From a virus (lineage: Duplodnaviria > Caudoviricetes): a DNA stretch of 64,000 nt. Below are positions 20,617-29,044 of the stretch, in pieces. Both the position numbers and the translations under genes were made by a program. Positions within the stretch are counted from its first letter, which is position 1. Every line of letters begins with the position of its first letter. A model generated the notes under the pieces. The model saw nothing but the letters and a program-made list of their open reading frames with translations, ran no database searches and was not told where the DNA came from. The stretch spans positions 23,831 to 87,830 of the IMG/VR virus record IMGVR_UViG_3300037067_007090, one strand, 5' to 3'.

Positions 20617-20898
20617 TTATGTTTTAATAGTATTTAATACTATCGTTTGATTCAACATCCTCGCAGATTCATTCATCATATTTTGTTGAAACACAAACAA
20701 CGGATTGTTCGTAACAAGACCACTATACAAGAACCCAACGGGGTCGTGAATAAATTGCGCTCCTAGAACCACGATACAGACGATTAAACCGACAATGCAA
20801 ACGGCAAGAATGCCATATAACAAAATTTCGGGTGCATAGACTGTTATTAATATTAGAATAATTATTAATAATAAACCCACTATAAGAAGATCGGTCAT
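20617..20898 (-). CDS. membrane protein
   Basis: two TM segments. Confidence 0.55.
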   Translation of the reverse strand: MTDLLIVGLLLIIILILITVYAPEILLYGILAVCIVGLIVCIVVLGAQFIHDPVGFLYSGLVTNNPLFVFQQNMMNESARMLNQTIVLNTIKT

Positions 20899-21025
20899 TT
20901 TAACTTCTCATTATGCACTGAGCATTCACTTAACATTTTAAACGGACATGGTAATCCATAAAAACCACAATCTTCATTAGTGCAATCGCCAGTAAAGTTG
21001 TATCCACATTCCCACGATTCATCTG

Positions 21026-21517
21026 TCATACTAGAACTTTCCCAAATTGTGAATTTAAATAATCATATGTAGCCATCATTGTTGGAACGATTGTTGGTTT
21101 AGAAACAACAGAGTTTAAACCGGGATCTAAAATATCCAACCCATAATGTAATGGAGTTCCATTCCCGCATTGCTTGTCTTTCATTATAATATATTCATCC
21201 AACGAATATCGTATATCATCGGTTCTCCCACTTCCAAAGGTTGGTGAGTCTATTATAAAATCCACACTATATTTATTATGTTGGTAAACGAGGAAATTTT
21301 TTATTTGACTCCAATTTCCTTTATATTCTCCCTTCCCATATGCATCATAAATAAACGCATGAAAATCACCGTTATTTTCACACCAACCGGGTTGATTACC
21401 AATCATTATAACATGAGATGATTTTTGATAATAATATCCACATAAAATAATGGCAATTGTGAAAATTATAATCATCGCAATTTTTAATTTATTTTCTACC
21501 ATCACAATCACCTTCAC
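21026..21517 (-). CDS. membrane-anchored hypothetical protein
   Basis: N-terminal TM segment; GGTGA RBS. Confidence 0.6.
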   Translation of the reverse strand: MKVIVMVENKLKIAMIIIFTIAIILCGYYYQKSSHVIMIGNQPGWCENNGDFHAFIYDAYGKGEYKGNWSQIKNFLVYQHNKYSVDFIIDSPTFGSGRTDDIRYSLDEYIIMKDKQCGNGTPLHYGLDILDPGLNSVVSKPTIVPTMMATYDYLNSQFGKVLV

Positions 21518-21647
21518 GGAAACGGATTCTCGTACATGGTCTCATTATCAAACTCATTCTCCAACTCCTCCTTATCAGTTAAAGGGTCAAGAATGGGTTC
21601 CTCTTTCTTCTTCACCATCAACTGACGACGCGCGTATTCGTGGGACA

Positions 21648-21869
21648 TTAATCCCCCATATTAAAAAATGATGCAAGCATTCCTTCAATAATCAAAGTCG
21701 CTCCAAAAATGCTCCCCCAGCAAAATAGTTTTATATCAGAATGACCAATGAGCGCGCACCATAATGTTATTGTTGACAAAATCAAAATGAAAAATCCTAT
21801 TACAACAACACAATTTATAAATTTGTGATAATCAACTTTTTGTTTGCCGTAAGAATCGTCTGTTGTCAC
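21648..21869 (-). CDS. membrane protein
   Basis: two TM segments. Confidence 0.55.
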   Translation of the reverse strand: MTTDDSYGKQKVDYHKFINCVVVIGFFILILSTITLWCALIGHSDIKLFCWGSIFGATLIIEGMLASFFNMGD

Positions 21870-22426
21870 AATTACCCTTCCACTTCTTCATTACCCACGA
21901 TTTCCTTCAACTCTTTATATACTTCAAAAATTTTCCTTGCTGTAGGGAAAGGAATGTTTGTTCCTTCCATCGCTTCAATCGTTGCCATTAAATGGCGAAT
22001 TTTTAAATTTTCATCTTTTGTTATACTCATTCATACTCCCCCTCATACGTCGCTTCAAACTCATCGCCCTTTATTTTCACCGTTGCAACACGACCATCTG
22101 GTAATTTTACTTTGAGTGTGTCTGCATTAACACCGATAATTATTCCGTCATAAAGTTGTGTCGGGCATAATGGGAAGGTTATCATATGTATGTATAGAAC
22201 GCGTTAGTATTTAATGGTTGTTGTTTATTTTTCCACACTCACTACACAACTTCCCACAATACCAACATCGTGCCGGCACAAGAAACGGCGGGGTTAATGA
22301 AACGTCGCATGTTGGGTTGTTGCAACAATCTGTGTTTGGGTGTTTTATGGATGTTGTTTTGATGCACATAATAATACCATTGTTTCAAAAGTATTTATAA
22401 CTTTGTAGAATAGAAAAGTTTAAATA

Positions 22427-23398
22427 TCAGATATTTTTCTTATTAATAACCTTTTCCAAATCCACGCTCAATACATTCCCAGCGCCATTTATAATACCCC
22501 CTTCGTATTCGATAGTGCCCTTTTCCGGGTCTGCACCAATTAACCGAAGCGGCACAAGTTCCGGAATAAAAATGTGTCCCACACAACCCTGCTTCTGTTC
22601 AAACTCACTAATCACCCTTTTCTCAAAACGTCCACACGTCCACGTGCCGTCTACTTCGGGGGTAGAGAAAGCGCAGGTGCGGCAACTCACAAGGGGGAGT
22701 CCGCCGTGCCAGCATAAATCCGCGTGGTCGCAGAATTTACAGCAGAACGATGTTTCTTTGTCTCCCAACTTCTCCAATGGTATCGACGAATATACCACGC
22801 GCTTTGCCTTATCTGCCTGTCTTTCTGCAAAATCTTTATCGTAGTATATTCGTTCAGAAAAAATTTCGTCTGTATCTTTATTTACAACGAAAAAGAAGGC
22901 TCTTGTTAACTTAAACCACCTCATATAATCTTGGACTTGAGCGTAATAGAGTGGCTTGATCTTCTGAACCCCTTGCTTTTTTATGAGATTAAAATATTTG
23001 TTGGAAGCACTTTTAATTTCTAAAATATGCCACTCTTTTGACTCTTCAAACCCTTGAGCGATACCATCTACACTCCCACTGTGGTGTGGGCAATCCTCGT
23101 CAAAACAAGATAATTGTTTTCCGGAAGATGGATCACGGTCGTATACGCAGACGCCAATATTTCTCAAATCATTTATAATACGTTCTTCTTCGATTTTCCC
23201 CGTGGCAAAAAGCCTCTGCATTCTACCAATGAAATTGGGAGAAGAGCAGTGTCTAAATGAATACCATAACTTTCTTTGACAGTCCTCACCGATCAAAGAG
23301 GCTCCGAGATGCGGTCTTCGCCATTCAATATTTTTATCCACATAATATTTATAAATTTTATCAACCGTTGGTTGATGTTGGATTGGTAGTTCGGCCAT
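22427..23398 (-). CDS. Cas4-like PD-(D/E)xK exonuclease (phage recombination)
   Basis: HLGASLIGEDC, GSVDG, LEIKS, YAQVQDYM, CKFCDHADLC (Fe-S-type Cys set). Confidence 0.85.
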   Translation of the reverse strand: MAELPIQHQPTVDKIYKYYVDKNIEWRRPHLGASLIGEDCQRKLWYSFRHCSSPNFIGRMQRLFATGKIEEERIINDLRNIGVCVYDRDPSSGKQLSCFDEDCPHHSGSVDGIAQGFEESKEWHILEIKSASNKYFNLIKKQGVQKIKPLYYAQVQDYMRWFKLTRAFFFVVNKDTDEIFSERIYYDKDFAERQADKAKRVVYSSIPLEKLGDKETSFCCKFCDHADLCWHGGLPLVSCRTCAFSTPEVDGTWTCGRFEKRVISEFEQKQGCVGHIFIPELVPLRLIGADPEKGTIEYEGGIINGAGNVLSVDLEKVINKKNI

Positions 23399-23399
23399 T

Positions 23400-23663
23400 T
23401 TACGTCACCTTAAAAAATATTGAGAATGTTATGTTTGGAGGAGTAATTGGCGGCATCGCTAACAACACAATATTAATCATATACACGGCGGAAGTAAGAA
23501 TCCCTATACAACATAACACTACCCCAAATAACAAAAATATAATATCTTTAGAATCAAAAATTTTCCACGAAATCAAAATACAAATTATACCTATTACACC
23601 CAATATTAAACCAATTAATATTGGGCGGGGTATCATCGACAACGGAATAACAATTTCAATCAT
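23400..23663 (-). CDS. membrane protein
   Basis: strongly hydrophobic 87-aa ORF. Confidence 0.55.
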   Translation of the reverse strand: MIEIVIPLSMIPRPILIGLILGVIGIICILISWKIFDSKDIIFLLFGVVLCCIGILTSAVYMINIVLLAMPPITPPNITFSIFFKVT

Positions 23664-23714
23664 TTAAAACTCCTAAACACCTCTCCACGGAACGAACCGA
23701 AAAAAGAGGTTAAT

Positions 23715-24218
23715 TTATTTCCTTTCCCACGGCTTCTTTGCCTTAGCCCCGCCAGTACCACCAACAACCGGCGCAGCACCCTTTACCGGCGCAGTCGCAT
23801 CCGTAATGTCCTTAAGTTCTTTTCCATCGGTGCGGGAATAACCTTTAATCACATTTCGATCTTCAAACCCGTTTGAACCGGCGCGAATGCCCACGCTGAT
23901 TACCAGCGGCTTTCCATGAAGTTCCGCGCTGTCCTTCGGATGTAAAACACCAGTTGCACGACAAACAGCGGAAAGCGCGCGCTGTGCTATTTCAACAGTC
24001 TGTGTATTCGTGTTAACAAGATTGAGTGTGTCGAAAATTTTCCGTCCCTTGAAGTCTCCTTCTGCTACCTCATAGGTCAGCAACAGATACTTTCCGTCGC
24101 CTTTCTTGGTATCTTTCATTTCGCTATCAACAATAATTGCCAAATAATCGTCTACGGGGATTGGGGTGAATTTTCCCATCGGATCTACGACGTTGCTATC
24201 AAAGTTTAATTCAGTCAT
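23715..24218 (-). CDS. DUF669-family ssDNA-binding protein
   Basis: FTPIPVDDY...GKYLLLTYEV..G.FKGRKIFD.LNL...IAQRAL...C.ATG; KKPWE tail. Confidence 0.8.
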   Translation of the reverse strand: MTELNFDSNVVDPMGKFTPIPVDDYLAIIVDSEMKDTKKGDGKYLLLTYEVAEGDFKGRKIFDTLNLVNTNTQTVEIAQRALSAVCRATGVLHPKDSAELHGKPLVISVGIRAGSNGFEDRNVIKGYSRTDGKELKDITDATAPVKGAAPVVGGTGGAKAKKPWERK

Positions 24219-24224
24219 TTTATA

Positions 24225-24443
24225 TCAGTCTCCTTTTATTTCTGTTATTTCATCATATCCGCAATACTCGTCATCTGCATATGATATAGCATCTTCCAAA
24301 CTATCAAATTCATCATATATCGTTTGTTCCGGTATATGAATCACAAATTTCTTTTTCTTCGGATATTCCTTTTTGGGAGGATGCAACTCTGGATATTCCT
24401 TTTCCATGTGTTTTTCTACATCTTCCTTAAATCCCACGATCAT
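24225..24443 (-). CDS. hypothetical protein
   Basis: 72-aa ORF in operon. Confidence 0.55.
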   Translation of the reverse strand: MIVGFKEDVEKHMEKEYPELHPPKKEYPKKKKFVIHIPEQTIYDEFDSLEDAISYADDEYCGYDEITEIKGD

Positions 24444-25225
24444 TCCTCTTTCTTTACACTTCCACCCGGAATATACTTCTCAAATTCCGTGTAATCCAGT
24501 GGCATTTCATCGGGCATATTACGGTAACGTTTCTTTGCTACATAGCCTGCTGTTGGAGCAACATGCAAGACGCGCTGTCCTGTTGACACGGCAATATTTC
24601 TGGTCTTGTCAAAACCTGCTTTTTCACTACGAGTCAGAGTTGTGAGCGAACAGAACCCCACCACGTCGCCCCATTCAACAATTTTAGCAGCCGCAAGTTT
24701 CTGGAGTTTGAGCGTGTTCTTGTCGTATGCGGAACACAGGGGATCTTCAATCTTGACCACGGCAGAATGCGCAACCAGAATAACCATCATTCCCTTTGTA
24801 TCGCGCAGATATGTCAAGGCATCAAGAAAATCCTGCCACTCAGTCATGCATTCAACATAACCGCGCCCGTAACCCGGGTCTTCGATAGACTTTGCGTTGA
24901 GACGTTTGCACGTAGCCTTCCATACAAGGGGTTGGAACCAATCGAGCGTATCTATAACCACGGTCTTGTAATCATGATCGGTCGTGGCAAGGATCTGAAT
25001 ACAATCCATCACCTCTTCATAGGAACGCGCTGCGCGGGGTTTGCCATTTTCATCCTGTGGGATCGCAGTGGCGTCAATGTCTCCCAATCCATCTTCAGTA
25101 AGAATTAAAATGGAGTCTTTTGCCATAGACCCGAAAGTAGATTTGCCAATTCCTTCAGGTCCATAGATAACAACCAATGGGATTTTAGGAGCGTTCTTCT
25201 TTGAAATTTTGTTTAAATCAATCAC
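24440..25225 (-). CDS. AAA_24 / Sak4-like ATPase (single-strand annealing module)
   Basis: IYGPEGIGKST Walker A, VVIDTLDW Walker B, ILVAHS, AKKRY. Confidence 0.85.
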   Translation of the reverse strand: MIDLNKISKKNAPKIPLVVIYGPEGIGKSTFGSMAKDSILILTEDGLGDIDATAIPQDENGKPRAARSYEEVMDCIQILATTDHDYKTVVIDTLDWFQPLVWKATCKRLNAKSIEDPGYGRGYVECMTEWQDFLDALTYLRDTKGMMVILVAHSAVVKIEDPLCSAYDKNTLKLQKLAAAKIVEWGDVVGFCSLTTLTRSEKAGFDKTRNIAVSTGQRVLHVAPTAGYVAKKRYRNMPDEMPLDYTEFEKYIPGGSVKKEE

Positions 25226-25340
25226 AATAGATCTCCTTTCGTTTTGTTCGTTTGTCGTTTCATGTTACGGTCGGGGCAGCATATGCCCAAATCGCGTATC
25301 TATGTAGGACGCGTTAGTATAAATAGTTATGGTTGGAAGA

Positions 25341-25523
25341 TTAAAAACCAAGTCCACCATAACTATTTGAAACCATAGTTAAATATTGACCAAATTGAAA
25401 AACACGTGGAACTAAAAAACCAAACACAAAAATAAGTAAAAACGTGGTAATCAAAATAGTTATAATGTCGGTCTTACTAAAAACATCTGCAAATGTTACC
25501 GTTTCCTTTTCTTCTTTAATCAT
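25341..25523 (-). CDS. small membrane protein
   Basis: one TM segment. Confidence 0.5.
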   Translation of the reverse strand: MIKEEKETVTFADVFSKTDIITILITTFLLIFVFGFLVPRVFQFGQYLTMVSNSYGGLGF

Positions 25524-25705
25524 ATTTTATTATCCACAATTTTTTGAATGCTCGGGAAATCTGATAATTTGATGGATTCTGTGAATCTTATATTAATCCC
25601 AGTAATTTGATCATCTTGAGAATTTACCACAAGAGAACTTCTTAATTCTCTAACCGACGCAAATTTTATTACAAGATTAATTGTATCTTTTGTATCTCCA
25701 TTCAT
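25520..25705 (-). CDS. hypothetical protein
   Basis: 61-aa ORF in operon. Confidence 0.5.
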   Translation of the reverse strand: MNGDTKDTINLVIKFASVRELRSSLVVNSQDDQITGINIRFTESIKLSDFPSIQKIVDNKI

Positions 25706-25712
25706 AATTAAT

Positions 25713-26120
25713 TCAGCCCACCGGATAACCTGCGTTCACGCATTCTGATAGCCACGCGGGGCGATTGCCAATATTATTGTTATCAAATGGCACGTAGCAC
25801 GTCTCAACCCACTGCGCTTTAACCAACTCTTCTAATAAATCATTTTGTTTAGTCAGAGCGTTTAAAACGATCTGGTCTTGTGTGGGGCACATTGAGAGGT
25901 GGGATCGCCCATCCGTGGAGTTTAAACCAATGTCGGTCCAAGTCCAGCTGTCATTGCTTCCCCCGATATACCATTTTTCTGACGAAGCGGGCTGTATTGA
26001 ATTCTGCACTTTTGATTCATCTCCCATTACAGGAGTAATGCATAGAAGGAGGAGAAGGATTATCAAGAATTTTGTTTTCATAATAGTGTTATACGCGTTT
26101 ATTGGATATATAGTTTTCAT
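25713..26120 (-). CDS. secreted hypothetical protein
   Basis: signal-peptide-like segment KTKFLIILLLLLCITPVMG. Confidence 0.6.
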   Translation of the reverse strand: MKTIYPINAYNTIMKTKFLIILLLLLCITPVMGDESKVQNSIQPASSEKWYIGGSNDSWTWTDIGLNSTDGRSHLSMCPTQDQIVLNALTKQNDLLEELVKAQWVETCYVPFDNNNIGNRPAWLSECVNAGYPVG

Positions 26121-26121
26121 A

Positions 26122-27225
26122 TCATTTCCCCGACTTCGTTCTATTATGGTGCATACAAAGCATCTGACAATTATCTTCTACCGATTTTCCACCTTTTACC
26201 CACGGAACAATATGATCCGCTTCCATCTCTTCAAACTCATAATGTTTAGAGGGATCACATATAGGGCATATACCTTTTTGTCTTTCATATACTTTTGTTG
26301 TGATTTTTTCATCAAAGGTTCGTAAGTTTAAAGACGACTGATCTTTTTCTCCACTCAACAGGAATTTATAAATACCTTTTTTATTTCCCACTTCATCGTC
26401 ATCCATAAGTTCTTTGATGCGATCTTCCATAATAGAGGGGGTGTATTTAAAATCCTTATATTTATTATAGAATATACCCCATTCTAACCCTTTCATTTCT
26501 TTTCTATAATTTGAAAATATTGCTTTCACCCAATTAATAACCCCTTGGAAATATAACCACATTTCATTGGCATTAGTATCATGCTGGTGGATTGACATAT
26601 AGTCTTCTATCCCAATACCGTCTCTTTCAGAAATCCATTTTATAGCGGTTTCCAAATAATCTTGTCTTATAGACGAACCCACCAAATATTTACTTGCAAT
26701 ATCGTGAGCAGGGCACATATTTTTTGAAAAATATTTTTTAGCGTCAGAAAGCCACTCTCCCGTATAAGTGGCATTCCGCAATTCTTGATCAGTGAGTTTG
26801 ATACCTGCTATATTTATAATTTTAAACCAATCTAACTTCTCCTTATCATTGCCTTGACAAATATAAATCATCAATTTATAATTTAATATTTGTTCCTTTT
26901 CCACATCTGTGAGATTGTGAAAAAACATACAATCTACTGAAAAATCACCATTAATATATTGGCAAATACTCACTGTTCTTTGCTGACCATCAAGCAATTC
27001 ATATGTGCCATTATTATTAACTACCCAATACATAATATTTAATGGGAACCCTTTAACAATTGTTTTAATAACTTCGTTTCTTTGATTAACATTATAAACA
27101 AATTCTCTTTGAAATGGTGGGCGAATATTTAGTTTACCATTATATCCAAATGCCCCATTTTCAACATCATCCACATATCCTTCTGATATTTCTTTAATAG
27201 GTATTTCTTTTAGTATTATTTTCAT
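26122..27225 (-). CDS. DUF262 (ParB-like/GmrS-like) + HNH nuclease
   Basis: IRPPFQREFVY, LLDGQQR (DGQQR motif), INIAG.KL; C-terminal CPIC...ADHIVPW.KGG...NCQMLC..HN..K. Confidence 0.9.
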   Translation of the reverse strand: MKIILKEIPIKEISEGYVDDVENGAFGYNGKLNIRPPFQREFVYNVNQRNEVIKTIVKGFPLNIMYWVVNNNGTYELLDGQQRTVSICQYINGDFSVDCMFFHNLTDVEKEQILNYKLMIYICQGNDKEKLDWFKIINIAGIKLTDQELRNATYTGEWLSDAKKYFSKNMCPAHDIASKYLVGSSIRQDYLETAIKWISERDGIGIEDYMSIHQHDTNANEMWLYFQGVINWVKAIFSNYRKEMKGLEWGIFYNKYKDFKYTPSIMEDRIKELMDDDEVGNKKGIYKFLLSGEKDQSSLNLRTFDEKITTKVYERQKGICPICDPSKHYEFEEMEADHIVPWVKGGKSVEDNCQMLCMHHNRTKSGK

Positions 27226-28146
27226 CTACTTCACCTTTCTTTTTATAACGATGCGAGCATAAACTTTTTTTCCATTTATATATGGATACCCATAATTAAA
27301 TTCATCAATCTTTGTGGTTGTCATACATCCAATAATCTCAAACTGATCTGGGTTATATTTATCAATAAATGTAATTGGAACACCGAACTCGCCAAAATAA
27401 TCTATTGGTATATCTTTAATCTTATTCACATTAATAGCATCATAATTGTCATATTCGGGATACTCTACATCATTATATTTTTTATAAAGAATCAATTCTT
27501 CGCATCTCTTCTTTATTTCGAGATTTGTAAACCAATAAGTATTACCCATACCACGATATTTAATCCCATTTTCTTCTCTACATCCATTACTATTTAATTC
27601 ATAATAATTAGGCACTATATATTCTTTATATCCATTATTATACCCAACCCATATTTTATTCTCTTTAAGCAGGGGGAAAATTTCTTTATAAGTAATAGCA
27701 TTCAAACTCCCAATAATCAAAAACCTCTTTTCATATTCCATCAACTGCGCTACATATTCACGGAATAAAGAAAATGGTGGGTTGGTAACAACAATATCGG
27801 ATTCTTTCAATAACTCGATACATTGCGGGCTTCTAAAATCACCGTTTTCTTCCAAATTTGTTTCTTTAAAGTCCACGCCGTCGTATTCTAGTTTATATGT
27901 GGGTTTCAATGAATCATAATGTGTCGATATTAATTTCTTCAACCCAAGATATTTAAACTTTAAACAAAAATAACCCGTGAAGTTACTTTCTCTCGGATCA
28001 TCACAATTGCAGAAAACGGTCTTCCCTTTGAAATATTCTTTATAATGTTTTAATTCCTTTTCTATATCGGACATTTGTGTGTAAAACTCATCCTGCTTAT
28101 CTTTCTTTGCTTTGTTAAGTTGGCAGTTCTTTGAAGTTGTAGTCAT
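27226..28146 (-). CDS. adenine-specific methyltransferase, EcoRI-methylase family
   Basis: DEFYT, VFCNCDDP, NGDFRS.QC, VVTNPPFSLF, GVPITF. Confidence 0.88.
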   Translation of the reverse strand: MTTTSKNCQLNKAKKDKQDEFYTQMSDIEKELKHYKEYFKGKTVFCNCDDPRESNFTGYFCLKFKYLGLKKLISTHYDSLKPTYKLEYDGVDFKETNLEENGDFRSPQCIELLKESDIVVTNPPFSLFREYVAQLMEYEKRFLIIGSLNAITYKEIFPLLKENKIWVGYNNGYKEYIVPNYYELNSNGCREENGIKYRGMGNTYWFTNLEIKKRCEELILYKKYNDVEYPEYDNYDAINVNKIKDIPIDYFGEFGVPITFIDKYNPDQFEIIGCMTTTKIDEFNYGYPYINGKKVYARIVIKRKVK

Positions 28147-28189
28147 TTTTAATCACAACACTATATGCGTCCATCGTAGATATAATTTT

Positions 28190-28771
28190 CTATGTTGCTC
28201 CGGATTCACCATGTTCAAAACGCGCAGAACGGGCTTTGTATGCGGCATCTTTAGTTAACACTTCAAATGTGTCTTGTTTAAAGTATTCCCACTGTTCGTC
28301 GTCCGGATGATATAGTGAAACAACATTTGAGTTTGTATCCCATTCAGAAACAAATACAATTCTATCTTCTCTTCCCGTTCTAACTTGTAATCCCACCCAA
28401 TCCCCATCTACTCCAAATATACATTCGTCATCATATGAACCACCGCCGCTATCACAAGAGTCCCACCCATAAAACCAACCAATATAATTCCAAGGCGATC
28501 CACGCATCAACACAATCGCATTGTTTATTTTGCTAGAAAACTCACTATATAAACCACTTCCTTTATCGCTATCGGGTTTGATCTCAACAAAAACTTTAAT
28601 TTCTGGTAACCAAAAATCCGGCAAATACCATTTTCCATTAATATCATAACCTTCGATTTCATATTCCCATTTTATACCAAGAACATCAAAGTAGACAGCA
28701 TATCGGGCTTCTAATCTTGACCTAAAATTGCATCCTTTATACTTGGTTTGTATTGGCTTTATTTCAGTCAT
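28190..28771 (-). CDS. PD-(D/E)xK nuclease-like phage protein
   Basis: FRSRLEARYAVYFD...WEYEIEG...YLPDFWLP...FVEIKP. Confidence 0.75.
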   Translation of the reverse strand: MTEIKPIQTKYKGCNFRSRLEARYAVYFDVLGIKWEYEIEGYDINGKWYLPDFWLPEIKVFVEIKPDSDKGSGLYSEFSSKINNAIVLMRGSPWNYIGWFYGWDSCDSGGGSYDDECIFGVDGDWVGLQVRTGREDRIVFVSEWDTNSNVVSLYHPDDEQWEYFKQDTFEVLTKDAAYKARSARFEHGESGAT

Positions 28772-28864
28772 GCATATATGTAAGTTCTCATACTATTTAT
28801 ACTTATCTAAACAATTTTTATCAAATGGATACAATTAAATACTAGAAGCACCTACATTGTTTAC

Positions 28865-29044
28865 ATGTTGACACTGGAAGAAATTGTTACTATTTTACAA
28901 GACCGGAACTTAAGCGAAGTCAGTAGAAGAACAGGACTTGCAATACCAACGGTTTGGAGAATAGCAAATAATCAGGCGGGTAATGTTGGATATGAAACAG
29001 TGAAACGCCTCTCCGACTACTTAGAAAAGAAACCCGGTGAGTGA
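28865..29044 (+). CDS. Cro/C1-type helix-turn-helix protein (59 aa, below the ORF-track cutoff)
   Basis: MLTLEEIVTILQDRNLSEVSRRTGLAIPTVWRIANNQAGNVGYETVKRLSDYL; stop overlaps the primase GTG. Confidence 0.8.
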   Translation: MLTLEEIVTILQDRNLSEVSRRTGLAIPTVWRIANNQAGNVGYETVKRLSDYLEKKPGE

